Shown: positions 8,320-20,038, numbered from the stretch's first letter. The stretch: 55,044 nt of DNA from an uncultured Methanosarcinales archaeon (GCA_964359785.1 CAYHWL010000002.1:1-55044), one strand, 5' to 3'. Numbers and translations: made by a program. Notes: generated from the sequence alone by a model not told the origin.

Positions 8320-11300
8320 TTATTCATCAAAATCTCTTAAAAAATCTGTTTTCTTTCTTTCTGTCGAATACATAAACTGGTAAGGCTCTTGTCCTTTTTC
8401 AGCTTTTGATTTTCTTTTATCAGGTTTTGTTTCAGTAATAGCTGTATTAAATTCTACATCAGAAGATATTGCTTGCATTACACCTCTTGTATAAGAGAAG
8501 AAATACCAATTATTTTGGTTTATTTCTAAATATATAGTTAAAATGTCTCCACTTCTTTTCTTTATCAACTCAACTTTTCCATCTACATATTTATTAATTT
8601 GTTTGTTATAAATATTACTTATTCCAATCTTACTAAAAGATTGATAAGATTTACTCTCGTTGTTCCATTTCATTTTTAAATCGTTAAAAACTAGTGTCTT
8701 TTTAAAAGACTCTGGTAATTTTTTAAATTCTCCATATAAACTTGCCTGAGCAATCAACTTATCGGCTTCTTCTTTTCCAAGTATTTCTCTGAGTCCTTTT
8801 TCAAATGTTGGTCTGTCTAATTTAACAGGGTCTAATGTGCTAGCTTCTTGCAAATTTTTAGTCATCTTTTTCATCGCATCTTCTGTAAAGAAAAAATCGG
8901 TTAGCATTACTAAGTCAAAAATTACCTCGTCATCTATCTGATTATGGTCAATAGCTCCTGCAGCTTGAATGTTAACTTGTCCAGTTTCTCCACCTAAATC
9001 TATTTTTCCTTCCCCATAAACTTTACAATATTTTGTATTTAAACTCAAGTAATTACCACTAAATGACATTTCTTGCAATTTGTCTTTATTAGAAATTTTA
9101 TATTCTTCTTTTTCTTTGTCATAATACAAATAACCAATTGCAGGAAGGACATCTATGTGACTATATTTTTTCTTGTTATTTAAAAAAGTAGAATAAATCC
9201 CTAAAGAATCTGGGCTTAAGAAAACGCTTGCAATTAAAGGATTACCAACTACATCTTTTGTTGTGCTGTCAATTGGTATATATATTTCTTCTGGATTAAT
9301 CTGAGATTCAAAACTAAACCAGTTCCTGTCTAATAAATTGCAATCGTGAAAAATTCTAGCGAACCCATTAAAAGTTAAAAATTCATTGTTAGCAAATAAT
9401 TTAATTTTTCCATAAAATTCATAGTTTGGACTTAGCGTAAAATTCGAGGTGTCTTTGATGTCAGCTGAAGCATATGTTTGTCCAGAAGAATCAACACCAA
9501 TGTTTTGTAAATATATTGTTTGCGACTTATTAATCTCATCGACATAATCTACGTAACCACTACCAGCATATTTTTTCTTTCCAAATACATTAACGGTAGA
9601 ATTGTAAATAATGTGATTTTGCGTAATGTAACTTGCAATAATTTTTGAATTGTTAAGTGTTCGCATTTTTGCCTTTTTTTCAATAACAACCTTATTGCTA
9701 TCAGGATATACCATTACATCAGCAACATTTAAAAATTTAACTCCATCCGCATAAATAATTTTTCGCTTAATATCATATTTTGCTTTGATAGAATAGAAAC
9801 TTAATGAATCTTGTTCTGGATGTACAGAAATAAACTGAGCTCCTTCCAAATTAACACCAGAAGCATCTGTTTCTTTGGCTGCACCAGCAGAAAGTTCTAT
9901 ATCATCATTATCCATGTACCATTTAAATTCATCCATGTAACAAATGTATTGCATCGGATCAAAGGAAATATGAGAGCCTCCTCCATTAGACCTAAACTGA
10001 CCGTATCTTCCATCAAAAGTTACATAAGCGTTAACATTTACCGTAGAAAATGCTAGTGCTTCAGCATCAACATTTCCATCATCTTTTAATCTAAAATCAG
10101 CTGTGTCCGATTTAAAATCCTTAAAATTAAATTGTATCAAATTGGCTTCCAATTCAGCTTTTTGAAATTCAAAAATCCCTGTACCTGATAGTCCATCAGG
10201 TTGAATCATGGTTTGGCCATGCATATATGATTTCAAATCGTACATGGCAATTGGTTTATTAATTACTTTATGAATCATAATATCTTTTGTAGGGAACCAT
10301 CTTGTGAAAACATTTTCTCCCTCTACTGGAGGAAATTCTATTGCTACTGGGCTTTCTTTAACATTAAAATGCTGGGCAATGGCATTCATAGAATCTGGGA
10401 AAAAAATAAAATCGTTTGAAAAAGTAGTAGAAGTGATGTATTCTAATTTTCCGTTACCTCTTAATCCTTCATTACTCAACCTAATAGTATCTTTGTATGT
10501 TCCTTTTCCACCATACATTGGAAAACCTTCAGCAGGAGTTTTCCTTATAAAACCTAATGATTGGTCAGGTTGCAAAGTTAGCGTTTCATCAAAATCAGGA
10601 AAAATACCAGCAGATAACATTGTTCCCTTAAATTTTAATTGACTATTGTCGAAATTATCGAGACTATCAATTGAAAAAGGCTCCACATGAAAATAGAATT
10701 CATCTTTATTATAAACACCACCTTGTATGGATTTTTTGTTATAAAAAACGTAAGAATCTTTATAACTGTTGATAATTGGATATTCATCAGCTTTTTTAAC
10801 ACCTGATTTATTATTAGGTTTATCAATTAACAAATCGCCATTAATGTTTTCTATCACAGTTTTAACAGGTCTTATAATTGGTTTTCCTTCAATATCTAGT
10901 TTGCCAGTTTCTGCATATATTCTTAAAGAATCTACATTGGGCATTATTATTTTAAAGTCGTCGTATTTGAATGAAAAATTTCTACCCATAATGTCAAATC
11001 TTCCAGCTTGAACAACACCGCTAAAATCGAAATCTCTATTCTTTTTTAGGGTAATTTCTTTTTTGGAAGGATAAATTATTACTTCCTGCGAATCACTCAC
11101 GTTAACACTATTTACTCCTCTCATTTGTAAATCATAATTTAGCAAACTTAAAGTTGCATTGCTGTTGTTATTAGTATTAGAATAAAATCCTATCACATCA
11201 TAATCTACATTACCACCACTTGCTTTTACCCAATTAATTAATTTGTCTTTTATAATAAAATATTTACCATCGTAATTATAATTGATAAATCCTTTGTTGG

Positions 11301-12774
11301 ATAAATCCAGCAGCATAGTTTCCAATTGAGCATAGGATTTTAAAGTAAATTCTGCTAATTGTTCATTCGTGACGTAATTGGTATCCAATTTTTCGGCTAG
11401 TTTTTTTATATTATACAATGGATGTGATGTTTGAAGGGTCATCATTTGCATGTATTCATCTTTTTTAAAATAGTTGGAAGAGATAAAAGTAGCCTCCGTT
11501 TTAGTTCCTCCCTCCATGTTTTTAAATTCAATCATGGGCGAATCTACTTTCCATGTTAACGATTCAAAATCCATATCTACCTGATGATACGAGTTGAAGT
11601 AAGGAGTAATTTTAATTCCTTTATGGTCCCTAATTAATGTTACACTTCTGTCTGCGAGAAAAAATTTAAACGAAAGACCAGGGTGAAAAATAGAATCCTC
11701 TTTAATGTATATGGTTGCTGATGCCATTTGAGAAACAATTCGTTCTGGTTTGATAATAAAAGTTTTAGCTGCCATTTTTAAAAATGGGACGTTTTTTTTA
11801 TAAAAAATAACATACGCATCTTGGTCTTGATTTCCTCTTCCAATCACTTCTCTACCATTTAAAGAAAACCCGCCAATATAATCAACTCCTTCAGAAATTC
11901 CTGACAAAAGGAGTGTTGCATCATAAGAATTAAATCTAGGATATGTTGCTTTCTCTTCATCTACATTAGCTAATACTTTTTCTTCTATTGAACCTTTTAA
12001 AGGGCTTTTAAAATAATAATAATCGTAAAAAATGACATCTTTTATACCGTAACTTGGAGTTTTAAAGCTTATTTCGTATTGATTTATTTCTGCATAAACA
12101 GAATCAGAAGGAAACCCCGCACGTTCCCACGTTATTTTTCCACCTTCTCCATACCATTTATTTTCGGTAGGATAATAAACCCCTTTTGTATTTAAAATAA
12201 CTGAACTGTCACCTTTCGAATAACAAGTTAAGGTGAGTGCCTCAAAACTAATGGTAGGTAAGCTGTCAAATCCAAAAGTATAGTTACCATTGTTGGCTGC
12301 CCATGAGTTTGCAGCCGATTTATACAAGAGGTTTTCTGTAAATAAATCGTTACAAGACTTCAAATATTCGGTAAAATTTTTAGTATCTTTTTCTTTAATT
12401 AGGGTTATAATTATTTTTTGCCAACTCTCAAAACTATTTTCAGTCTGGTATTTACTGTTTACAAATTGAGAAACTGTAAATAAATAATTTCTAAAATCTG
12501 GGAAAGCTCTTTTTTTGTTTTTCAACATTAAATTGGCAACTTTATATACTCCATTTCTTTCATTATCAGAAAACTTTCCTCCAAACCAAGTCCAAGAAAA
12601 TTCATCCATCACAATTTTACCGTCTTCCTTTCTTGAATAAGTTAGAAATTCTTCCATTTCTTTGAAAAACAAAGAGGAATCAGCAGAAAATTCTTTTATT
12701 TTAGTTTGAGAATAACTAGAAAAAGTCATCACCAAACAAAATAGGGATATCAAGTATTTATATAATTTATTCAT
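8320..12774 (-). CDS. Large (~1484 aa) secreted protein of unrecognised function
   Basis: Uninterrupted 4.4-kb ORF. I prefer ATG 12774, which gives the signal-like MNKLYKYLISLFCLVMTFSSYSQ. That ATG overlaps the prmA stop as ATGA. No motif recognised. Confidence 0.8.
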   Translation of the reverse strand: MNKLYKYLISLFCLVMTFSSYSQTKIKEFSADSSLFFKEMEEFLTYSRKEDGKIVMDEFSWTWFGGKFSDNERNGVYKVANLMLKNKKRAFPDFRNYLFTVSQFVNSKYQTENSFESWQKIIITLIKEKDTKNFTEYLKSCNDLFTENLLYKSAANSWAANNGNYTFGFDSLPTISFEALTLTCYSKGDSSVILNTKGVYYPTENKWYGEGGKITWERAGFPSDSVYAEINQYEISFKTPSYGIKDVIFYDYYYFKSPLKGSIEEKVLANVDEEKATYPRFNSYDATLLLSGISEGVDYIGGFSLNGREVIGRGNQDQDAYVIFYKKNVPFLKMAAKTFIIKPERIVSQMASATIYIKEDSIFHPGLSFKFFLADRSVTLIRDHKGIKITPYFNSYHQVDMDFESLTWKVDSPMIEFKNMEGGTKTEATFISSNYFKKDEYMQMMTLQTSHPLYNIKKLAEKLDTNYVTNEQLAEFTLKSYAQLETMLLDLSNKGFINYNYDGKYFIIKDKLINWVKASGGNVDYDVIGFYSNTNNNSNATLSLLNYDLQMRGVNSVNVSDSQEVIIYPSKKEITLKKNRDFDFSGVVQAGRFDIMGRNFSFKYDDFKIIMPNVDSLRIYAETGKLDIEGKPIIRPVKTVIENINGDLLIDKPNNKSGVKKADEYPIINSYKDSYVFYNKKSIQGGVYNKDEFYFHVEPFSIDSLDNFDNSQLKFKGTMLSAGIFPDFDETLTLQPDQSLGFIRKTPAEGFPMYGGKGTYKDTIRLSNEGLRGNGKLEYITSTTFSNDFIFFPDSMNAIAQHFNVKESPVAIEFPPVEGENVFTRWFPTKDIMIHKVINKPIAMYDLKSYMHGQTMIQPDGLSGTGIFEFQKAELEANLIQFNFKDFKSDTADFRLKDDGNVDAEALAFSTVNVNAYVTFDGRYGQFRSNGGGSHISFDPMQYICYMDEFKWYMDNDDIELSAGAAKETDASGVNLEGAQFISVHPEQDSLSFYSIKAKYDIKRKIIYADGVKFLNVADVMVYPDSNKVVIEKKAKMRTLNNSKIIASYITQNHIIYNSTVNVFGKKKYAGSGYVDYVDEINKSQTIYLQNIGVDSSGQTYASADIKDTSNFTLSPNYEFYGKIKLFANNEFLTFNGFARIFHDCNLLDRNWFSFESQINPEEIYIPIDSTTKDVVGNPLIASVFLSPDSLGIYSTFLNNKKKYSHIDVLPAIGYLYYDKEKEEYKISNKDKLQEMSFSGNYLSLNTKYCKVYGEGKIDLGGETGQVNIQAAGAIDHNQIDDEVIFDLVMLTDFFFTEDAMKKMTKNLQEASTLDPVKLDRPTFEKGLREILGKEEADKLIAQASLYGEFKKLPESFKKTLVFNDLKMKWNNESKSYQSFSKIGISNIYNKQINKYVDGKVELIKKRSGDILTIYLEINQNNWYFFSYTRGVMQAISSDVEFNTAITETKPDKRKSKAEKGQEPYQFMYSTERKKTDFLRDFDE

Positions 12775-13604
12775 TTTTTTATTAAATGTATCATTAACCA
12801 ATCTTTCTTCTCTTCCGTATAACTATTTTTTAAACCTAATTTTGCAGCTTCCTCTAGTAATAAATTTCTATCAACATTAAAAAAACCACTTAATAGTAAA
12901 TCTCCATTGGTAGAAAGAGATTTAGCATATTTACTCATATCCTTTAAAAGAATGTTTCTATTAATATTTGCTAAAATAACATCAAATTTGTTATCTTTTA
13001 ATAATTCTGCTCCACCTTGTTTTACAACTATCTCCTTACAATTATTATTCCTAATATTTTCGATGGTATTGTTATATGCCCATTCATCAATATCAATCGC
13101 TTCAATGTATTTTGCATTTTTCATTTTAGCTAAAATAGCCAATACACCTGTTCCACAACCCATGTCAAGCACTTTTTTGTTGGTAACATCTAACGCCAAT
13201 AACCGTTTTATCATTAAATAAGTGGTTTCATGATGGCCAGTTCCAAAAGACATTTTTGGGTCTATGATAATATCAAATTCAATATCAGTAGGTTTTTCGT
13301 GAAATTTTGCTCTGATGTAACACCTATTTTCAACATTAATTGGATTAAAACTTTTTTCCCAAGCTTCATTCCAATTTTGATCTTCAATTGTTTTAGTTGA
13401 ATAGGCTACTGTAAATTCCGAATTATTAATAATTCTTAAGTTTTTAACAGCTTCCAATTTAAATTGATTAGACTGAATATAAGCTTCTAACCCATTTTCA
13501 GTTTCAACAAAACTTTCAAATCCAATTTCTGAAAGCTCTGCTACTAATATGTCTCTGCCAACTTCTAATGGTTTTATTGTTGCAGATAAATTGATATAGT
13601 TCAT
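12771..13604 (-). CDS. prmA: Ribosomal protein L11 methyltransferase
   Basis: 277 aa with the PrmA pattern FGTGHHETTYLMIKRLL and the SAM motif VLDMGCGTGVLAILA. Confidence 0.9.
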   Translation of the reverse strand: MNYINLSATIKPLEVGRDILVAELSEIGFESFVETENGLEAYIQSNQFKLEAVKNLRIINNSEFTVAYSTKTIEDQNWNEAWEKSFNPINVENRCYIRAKFHEKPTDIEFDIIIDPKMSFGTGHHETTYLMIKRLLALDVTNKKVLDMGCGTGVLAILAKMKNAKYIEAIDIDEWAYNNTIENIRNNNCKEIVVKQGGAELLKDNKFDVILANINRNILLKDMSKYAKSLSTNGDLLLSGFFNVDRNLLLEEAAKLGLKNSYTEEKKDWLMIHLIKK

Positions 13605-13731
13605 ATTTTTTTTGAATGTGATATAAAAAAACGAAAAATTTCTTTAAGAACTTATAAAATTCAAATTTTAGTTAACAATTTTTACAATTTAATCCTATTC
13701 TTTTGTTTTAACTTTACTAAAAAATAAACTG

Positions 13732-14313
13732 ATGAAAAAAGTCAAATTAATAATGATTTTACTATTATTAATTCCTTTTATTGCTTATAACCAAACTGTA
13801 ACAGAAAACTCATTTATTTTATCAGGTACTGTTGTCAGTGGAGTAAATAATCAACCATTAGCTGGTAGTCATTTACTGACTAATAGAAATATGGGAACCA
13901 AAACAAACGAGTTGGGAGAATTTACACTAATTGTTTATCCTAAAGATACGTTAAAAATCTCCTACATAGGTTTTAAAACAATCCATTACATCATTCCTTA
14001 TAAAGAAAGCGGAAAATACCTCATTAAATTTAAATTATTTACTGATTCTGTTGCTTTATCAGAAATTGAAATATTTCCATGGCCAACTTATGAAGAATTT
14101 AAACAAGCTTTTATTGCTATGGATAAACAAAATGAAGCAATTAAAATGGAAGGTGTAAAAATGTATCAGGATAAAATTATTACCCCAAAATCTCCTTCTC
14201 TGCTGAGTCCTGCTTCCTTTATTTACGACAAACTATTTGACAAACAAGCTAAACTTAGAAGGAGGTTAGAAAAAAGACGCAATACCATTAAAGATTCAAT
14301 GATGGATGATTAA
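13732..14313 (+). CDS. Carboxypeptidase-regulatory-like domain protein (secreted)
   Basis: Signal peptide MKKVKLIMILLLLIPFIAYNQ. LSGTVVSGVNNQPLAGSHLL matches the CarboxypepD_reg-type beta-sandwich start. Confidence 0.7.
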   Translation: MKKVKLIMILLLLIPFIAYNQTVTENSFILSGTVVSGVNNQPLAGSHLLTNRNMGTKTNELGEFTLIVYPKDTLKISYIGFKTIHYIIPYKESGKYLIKFKLFTDSVALSEIEIFPWPTYEEFKQAFIAMDKQNEAIKMEGVKMYQDKIITPKSPSLLSPASFIYDKLFDKQAKLRRRLEKRRNTIKDSMMDD

Positions 14314-14393
14314 TTTTTTAAACATTTGTTATATTTTAAACCTAAGTTATCTTTTTTTTTATATATTTGACAATAACAGTTAAATTTTAAACG

Positions 14394-15059
14394 ATGAAAG
14401 CTACTCATGTTATTGTAGAAGATATTATTAAAAAATCTCCTTTTTTAGAGGAAGCATTAGCTGAAGGAATTATTAATCTCTCCTCTTTATCAAGGCAAAT
14501 TAAAGCAGAGATTGACGAGCAACTTCACAAAGATGTTCAGATTGGAGCAATAGTGATGGCTCTTAAAAGATTATCTCCAAAGTTTGACCCAAATTTAAAA
14601 CTACGAGTAAAAAGAGTGATTAGTAAATTAGGAGATATTACAGTAAGATCTAAAATAACCTATTATACATTTGAAAATTCTGAAACGATAATAGAGAAAC
14701 AATCTGAATTATTAAAAAGGCTGAAAGGTAAAAAAGATACTTTTTTTGCTTTTTCGCAAGGTGTTTATGAAACCACTATTATTTTAAGTGATTCTGAACA
14801 TAATGATATTGATACGCTCTTTAAACAAGAGACGATAGTGCAAGAAACAAGTGGATTATCATCAATCACCATCAAATTACCTAGTGAAAATTCTGATGTT
14901 TCTGGAATTTATTATTTTATTCTTAAAAAAATTGCCTGGGAAGGAATTAATATACTAGATTTAATATCAACTACTCACGAATTTACAATTATTGTAAATG
15001 ATGAAAGTGTTGACAGGGCTTTTTCTATCTTAAAAAACTTAAATAAAGGAGATTATTAA
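14394..15059 (+). CDS. Conserved-looking hypothetical protein (possibly ACT-like C-terminal half)
   Basis: Clean 221-aa ORF with normal composition and no competing ORF. Function not recognised. Confidence 0.6.
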   Translation: MKATHVIVEDIIKKSPFLEEALAEGIINLSSLSRQIKAEIDEQLHKDVQIGAIVMALKRLSPKFDPNLKLRVKRVISKLGDITVRSKITYYTFENSETIIEKQSELLKRLKGKKDTFFAFSQGVYETTIILSDSEHNDIDTLFKQETIVQETSGLSSITIKLPSENSDVSGIYYFILKKIAWEGINILDLISTTHEFTIIVNDESVDRAFSILKNLNKGDY

Positions 15060-15131
15060 GCCTCATTTTCTATTGTAAAAAAGGTGTTTTTAATAAAAAA
15101 ACTACCTTTTTTATAACTCTAATTTAGTATA

Positions 15132-16532
15132 TTATCCTTTTAAAAATCCTAAAATTTTATCAACACTTTCTTTAGCATCTCCATAAAGCATTTCGGTATT
15201 TGATTTATAAAATAAAGGATTTTCAACCCCTGCATAACCAACTGCCATTGAACGTTTCATTACAATTACTGTTTTTGCTTTCCATACTTCAATTACAGGC
15301 ATTCCGTAAATTGGACTAGCAGGATCATCTTGTGCACCAGGATTTACTACATCATTAGCTCCAATAACCATCACGACATCAGTGTTTGGTAAATCAGGAT
15401 TAATTTCATCCATTTCAAAAACTATATCGTAAGGAACATTCGCTTCTGCCAACAAAACATTCATGTGACCAGGCAAACGTCCAGCTACAGGATGTATAGC
15501 AAATTTAACGTCTTTTCCTTCTTTTCTTAAATATTGTACCATTTCAAAAATTGGATATTGTGCTTTTGCAACAGCCATTCCATAACCAGGAACAATCACC
15601 ACCGAATTTGCTTCTTTCAATAATTCGGCAACTGCCTCATGATTAAGAGCTGTAACTTCACCTTCCATTTCTTGTGTAGAAGTGGTTGCAACAGCACCAA
15701 ATCCTCCCAAAATAACAGAGATAAAAGATCTATTCATGGCTTTACACATAATGATAGAAAGTATAGCTCCAGAACTACCCACCAACGCTCCTGTAACAAT
15801 TAATAAGTCGTTTCCTAACATAAAACCTGCTGCAGAAGCTGCCCAACCTGAATAAGAGTTAAGCATAGAAACAACCACCGGCATATCTGCACCACCAATT
15901 GCCATTACCAACATAATTCCAATAAAGGCAGCCATTGCTGTCATGATGTATAAATAAAGCATACCATCAATTCCAGTTGCCATTGTAAAAAAATATCCCA
16001 TTACAAAACTTGCTACCAATAATAAAATATTTACTAGGTGTCTGCCAGGATATAATAAAGGCTTACTCATTACCTTTCCATCTAATTTCCCCCAAGCAAT
16101 AATAGACCCTGTAAAAGTTATTGCTCCAATAAAAACACCAATAAAAACTTCCACTAAATGGATGGTATGTTCAGCCCCAACAATTAATTGAGTATCTGCA
16201 TCAATGTAGGAACCATAACCTACTAAAACTGCCGCTAGTCCAACAAAACTGTGTAAAATAGCAACTAATTGAGGCATGGAAGTCATCTCAACTTTGCGTG
16301 CAACTAAAATTCCTATAACTGATGCAATTGCAATAGCGACAATAATGTAAATTTGTCCTTCAACTCCTTGTCCTAGAACTGTGGCTACTATAGCTATTAT
16401 CATTCCGATAATTCCATAAAAAACGCCTCGTTTTGCCGATTCTTGAGAAGATAATCCTCCCAAACTAAGTATAAACAGAATACCTGCAAATAAGTAGGCT
16501 GCTGTTTGTATTTCTTTACCTATTTCTATCAT
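15132..16532 (-). CDS. pntB: NAD(P) transhydrogenase subunit beta
   Basis: Multi-TM N-terminus plus a dIII domain: [46 protein letters not shown]. Confidence 0.93.
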   Translation of the reverse strand: MIEIGKEIQTAAYLFAGILFILSLGGLSSQESAKRGVFYGIIGMIIAIVATVLGQGVEGQIYIIVAIAIASVIGILVARKVEMTSMPQLVAILHSFVGLAAVLVGYGSYIDADTQLIVGAEHTIHLVEVFIGVFIGAITFTGSIIAWGKLDGKVMSKPLLYPGRHLVNILLLVASFVMGYFFTMATGIDGMLYLYIMTAMAAFIGIMLVMAIGGADMPVVVSMLNSYSGWAASAAGFMLGNDLLIVTGALVGSSGAILSIIMCKAMNRSFISVILGGFGAVATTSTQEMEGEVTALNHEAVAELLKEANSVVIVPGYGMAVAKAQYPIFEMVQYLRKEGKDVKFAIHPVAGRLPGHMNVLLAEANVPYDIVFEMDEINPDLPNTDVVMVIGANDVVNPGAQDDPASPIYGMPVIEVWKAKTVIVMKRSMAVGYAGVENPLFYKSNTEMLYGDAKESVDKILGFLKG

Positions 16533-16537
16533 CTTAA

Positions 16538-18079
16538 TTATTTTTTAAACATTTTCAACATTCTGTGAGTAACCAAAAAACCACCTACTATATTTATGCT
16601 TGCAACTAAAATGGCTACAAAAGCTAAAACAGTCATTGGTGAAGACAAATTATTGGTGGTTTGCAATAATCCACCAACGATAATAATTCCACTAATTGCA
16701 TTGGTTACCGCCATTAAAGGAGTGTGTAAGGAATGTGAAACATTCCAAATTACTTGCCATCCAATAAATACGGATAATACAAAAACCGTAAAATGTTGCA
16801 TAAATTCTGCAGGAGCAAATTGTCCTAAAAGCAACAATAACGCACCAATTGCACCCAATTTAATAAGCATTCCAATTGCTTCTTTTTTAGCATTTTTTGC
16901 AGCTGTTATTTTTGGGTCTTCTATTTCTACTACAACTGGTTTTGGTTTTTGAGGACTAACAGGAAGTGGTTTTGATGGAAAGTTTATTTTTCCGTCGTAA
17001 GTAACCATGGCTCTGGAAACCACGTCATCTTCCATATCAATTTTAAATTTTTCGGCTTTTCCCATGTCATCTAAGAGGTGACAAAGGTTGTTTCCGTATA
17101 ACTGAGATGCTTGACAAGGCAATTGGTCTAATTTTCCCAATATGGTAACTCCATTATCGGTAGTATAAACTTCGCCATCTTTAGTCATGGTACAGTTACC
17201 TCCTGAAGATGCTGCTAAGTCAACAATAACAGAACCAGGTTTCATTGCTGCCACATGGTAATCTAAAATTAATTTTGGGGCAGGTCGTCCAGGAATTTGA
17301 GCGGTAGTAATAATAATATCAACATCCTTAGCTTGTTCTAAAAACAATTTCATTTCTGCGTCAATAAACTCTTGACTCATTACTTTAGAATAACCAGATG
17401 CAGTTGCTCCATCTTCCTCAATTTCTACTGTAAGAAATTTAGCACCCATCGATTCAATTTGTTCAGCAACTTCTTTTCTGGTATCAAATGCTCTCACAAT
17501 TGCACCTAACGAATTAGCGGTTCCAATAGCTGCTAAACCAGCAACTCCAGCTCCAATAACCAATACTTTTGCAGGTTCAACTTTTCCTGCTGCTGTAATT
17601 TGACCATTTAGGAATTTACCATAATAATTAGCTCCCTCAATTACCGAACGATAACCAGCAATGTTTGCCATAGAAGATAAAACATCCATTTTTTGTGCTC
17701 TTGAAATTCTAGGAATAGAATCCATAGCAATGGCATTTACTTTTTTATCTGCTAATTTTTGAAGTAAATCAGAGTTTTGTGCTGGCCACAAATAGCTTAA
17801 CAACACTAATCCTTCTTTCATTAGGTCAACTTCTTCAACCGTTGGACCTAAAACTTTAAGCACAATATTTGAATTGCTATAAATTTCGTTAGCTGAATCA
17901 ACTATTGTAGCACCTGCAGCCTTAAATTCTTCATCAGAAAAATTTGCTTTAACACCGGCATTGTGCTGAATGGATACTTCAAAACCTTGTTTTATCAGTC
18001 GGACAACTGTTTTTGGAGTAGCTGCCACTCTTAATTCTTTTGGAGTTATCTCCGATGGAATTCCAACTCTCATATTCAT
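16538..18079 (-). CDS. pntA: NAD(P) transhydrogenase subunit alpha (dI plus TM dII-alpha)
   Basis: Alanine-dehydrogenase-like fold with the Rossmann motif [22 protein letters not shown] and C-terminal TM helices. Lies directly upstream of pntB. Confidence 0.93.
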   Translation of the reverse strand: MNMRVGIPSEITPKELRVAATPKTVVRLIKQGFEVSIQHNAGVKANFSDEEFKAAGATIVDSANEIYSNSNIVLKVLGPTVEEVDLMKEGLVLLSYLWPAQNSDLLQKLADKKVNAIAMDSIPRISRAQKMDVLSSMANIAGYRSVIEGANYYGKFLNGQITAAGKVEPAKVLVIGAGVAGLAAIGTANSLGAIVRAFDTRKEVAEQIESMGAKFLTVEIEEDGATASGYSKVMSQEFIDAEMKLFLEQAKDVDIIITTAQIPGRPAPKLILDYHVAAMKPGSVIVDLAASSGGNCTMTKDGEVYTTDNGVTILGKLDQLPCQASQLYGNNLCHLLDDMGKAEKFKIDMEDDVVSRAMVTYDGKINFPSKPLPVSPQKPKPVVVEIEDPKITAAKNAKKEAIGMLIKLGAIGALLLLLGQFAPAEFMQHFTVFVLSVFIGWQVIWNVSHSLHTPLMAVTNAISGIIIVGGLLQTTNNLSSPMTVLAFVAILVASINIVGGFLVTHRMLKMFKK

Positions 18080-18436
18080 AATTTTTTAAATTTTATTTAT
18101 TGTATTTGATGCAATAACTATCTTAACTTTTTAATTCAAACGAATAACTCATTACCTGTACTTTTAGGCTTCGCAATAGGTATAACTTCTTTTGCTTAAG
18201 GTATTCCAAAACGATAAAAATTCCTCAATAATTTACCAACGAAAGTATAAATATTTCGTTAACAAATTAAATTGTATTTTTTTTATTTTCCGAAAGTATA
18301 AAGTTTATTTTATTCAAAATATAACATTTGTCATATTCTAAGAAATAAATAGTGCTAATAAATTCTGAGACTAGAAAATTAGCTAAATAAATTACTGAAG
18401 ATTTGATGAAAGACTTTACTTAAATAGATTAACTAA

Positions 18437-19402
18437 TTAGATTTCATCTAAATTGCAAGAATAAATATACTTGCAATTGTTGTGAATAATGTGGTCTAAT
18501 TCTAATAAAGAAGCCAACACGAGTTGAGAATAGTTTTGAGAGGCATTTCTAAAGCCACCTGCTTCAGTTTTCCATAAGGAGGTAATTAAATCCATATTTC
18601 CTTCCTGAGGATTAATAATTTCCATAACTTTTCTAACATTTCCTGCTCCTGCGTGATAAACATGCATTACCATTAAGCGATACCACATATCTGTTGGATT
18701 GTAGTTGATGCAATAATCATCTAAAATTTTATTCAATTCTGGAATACAAATGGTACGAATTAATTTAGCTGCTGCCCAAGCAGATTTATCAAAATCTTTA
18801 CGTTCATCTTCATATCTGTTTACTTTTAATCCTAAATTAATAGCTACTTTTTTCATGATTTGAAAAGAACCATAAGCACCAACATTAGATTTTTGTAAAG
18901 CATTTGGACTTTCTATTAATAAAATTGCTTGAGCGTAGAAAGGGTCTACTTTGTTGTCGTTAAAAATTTCTATTCCTCTACTAATCGTTGGTATTACATT
19001 TTCGAAATCATAGAAAAATTTTTTACCGCTGGTTACAAAAACCCTAGTTTCAATTGGCAAGTTGTAGTAGGTTCTTACACTGTCCCTATAACAATCCTTA
19101 TAAGAATCGGACAGCTTATTCCATTCTGATAAAGAAACTTTTTTAATAATTTGACGAGTACACCCAATATTAATAAGTGCAGAATCGGCACTCATGGTCA
19201 TCAATGTTCTCCAAAACTTTGGTTGTTCCAACGTATCCCACCCTCCTGAGTATATTTGTTTGTTTTGAACGAATTGATAGTACAACGAATCGTGTAACCC
19301 TGCTACTTCAACAACTAAAGAGTTATTTTGCTCTTGAGCTTGAATTAAACTATTAAAAAGTAGAAAAATAGTTAGACTGATATTTTTAAAATTCATTAGC
19401 AT
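18437..19402 (-). CDS. Lytic transglycosylase (SLT-like) domain protein
   Basis: AQAILLIESPNALQKSNVGAYGSFQIM matches the SLT catalytic E-S ... G..Q pattern. Signal-like MLMNFKNISLTIFLLFNSLIQAQ from ATG 19402. The track ORF extends to 19462. Confidence 0.7.
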   Translation of the reverse strand: MLMNFKNISLTIFLLFNSLIQAQEQNNSLVVEVAGLHDSLYYQFVQNKQIYSGGWDTLEQPKFWRTLMTMSADSALINIGCTRQIIKKVSLSEWNKLSDSYKDCYRDSVRTYYNLPIETRVFVTSGKKFFYDFENVIPTISRGIEIFNDNKVDPFYAQAILLIESPNALQKSNVGAYGSFQIMKKVAINLGLKVNRYEDERKDFDKSAWAAAKLIRTICIPELNKILDDYCINYNPTDMWYRLMVMHVYHAGAGNVRKVMEIINPQEGNMDLITSLWKTEAGGFRNASQNYSQLVLASLLELDHIIHNNCKYIYSCNLDEI

Positions 19403-19517
19403 ATACCAAAGAAAACGAGTATTTAGCGAATTTGTTACATTTTGCAAAGCATTTGTTAACATTTGTATGTTAAACTCGAGTTGATTTTGTTAAGTAAATA
19501 GTTTTTATTCCAAAGAA

Positions 19518-19868
19518 TTAATCTTTTTTAACCAACATCAACAAATCGTTTTCTAAAGCAGAATAGCCTTGGTCGTAACAGAAATAATAAACTTTACCTG
19601 CTTTTGTAGTGTATATTTCGGTGATGTAATTAAAGTTAAATCCTTTTGCATCTAATTTCTGTTTACTTATTGTACCTTTTCCATTAGGGTTTAATTCTTC
19701 TAATATTCGCCAATTTTTTCGTAATCGATTGTTGACATTACGAATTAAATTTTTACCATCTTTATTTATTTTATTGTTGTATGCATTGCGACATGCATCC
19801 GAACAAAATTTTTTATCTACTCTTCCCTTTAGTGATTCTCCACACTCTAAACACGCTTTTTTATCCAT
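19518..19868 (-). CDS. Small zinc-ribbon protein (CxxC...CxxxC)
   Basis: MDKKACLECGESLKGRVDKKFCSDACRNAYNNK starting at ATG 19868. Function unknown. Confidence 0.65.
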   Translation of the reverse strand: MDKKACLECGESLKGRVDKKFCSDACRNAYNNKINKDGKNLIRNVNNRLRKNWRILEELNPNGKGTISKQKLDAKGFNFNYITEIYTTKAGKVYYFCYDQGYSALENDLLMLVKKD

Positions 19869-19908
19869 AATTTCTATTTTTACCACCCAAATATACAAAA
19901 AATTATCC

Positions 19909-19928
19909 GTTTACAAACGTTTACAAAC
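19909..19928. repeat. Tandem 10-bp direct repeat gtttacaaac x2 in a divergent promoter region
   Basis: cgtttacaaacgtttacaaaca read directly, between the Zn-ribbon gene (start 19868) and ssb (start 20039). Confidence 0.8.
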
Positions 19929-20038
19929 AACTATAAACGATAGTAATTGCTTAACTACCGAATGTACTGTTTTTAAGCTCTTTACTTTGCCTCAACAAAT
20001 CTGAACGAATCAGGTTTAACAATTAAAACTTTTATATC

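Noticed and set aside
15075-15112. A/T-only hairpin (aaaaaggt...accttttt) between convergent genes as a terminator
   Set aside because: The stem is almost entirely A/T and such pairings are frequent in this AT-rich DNA, so support is too weak to list it as a feature.
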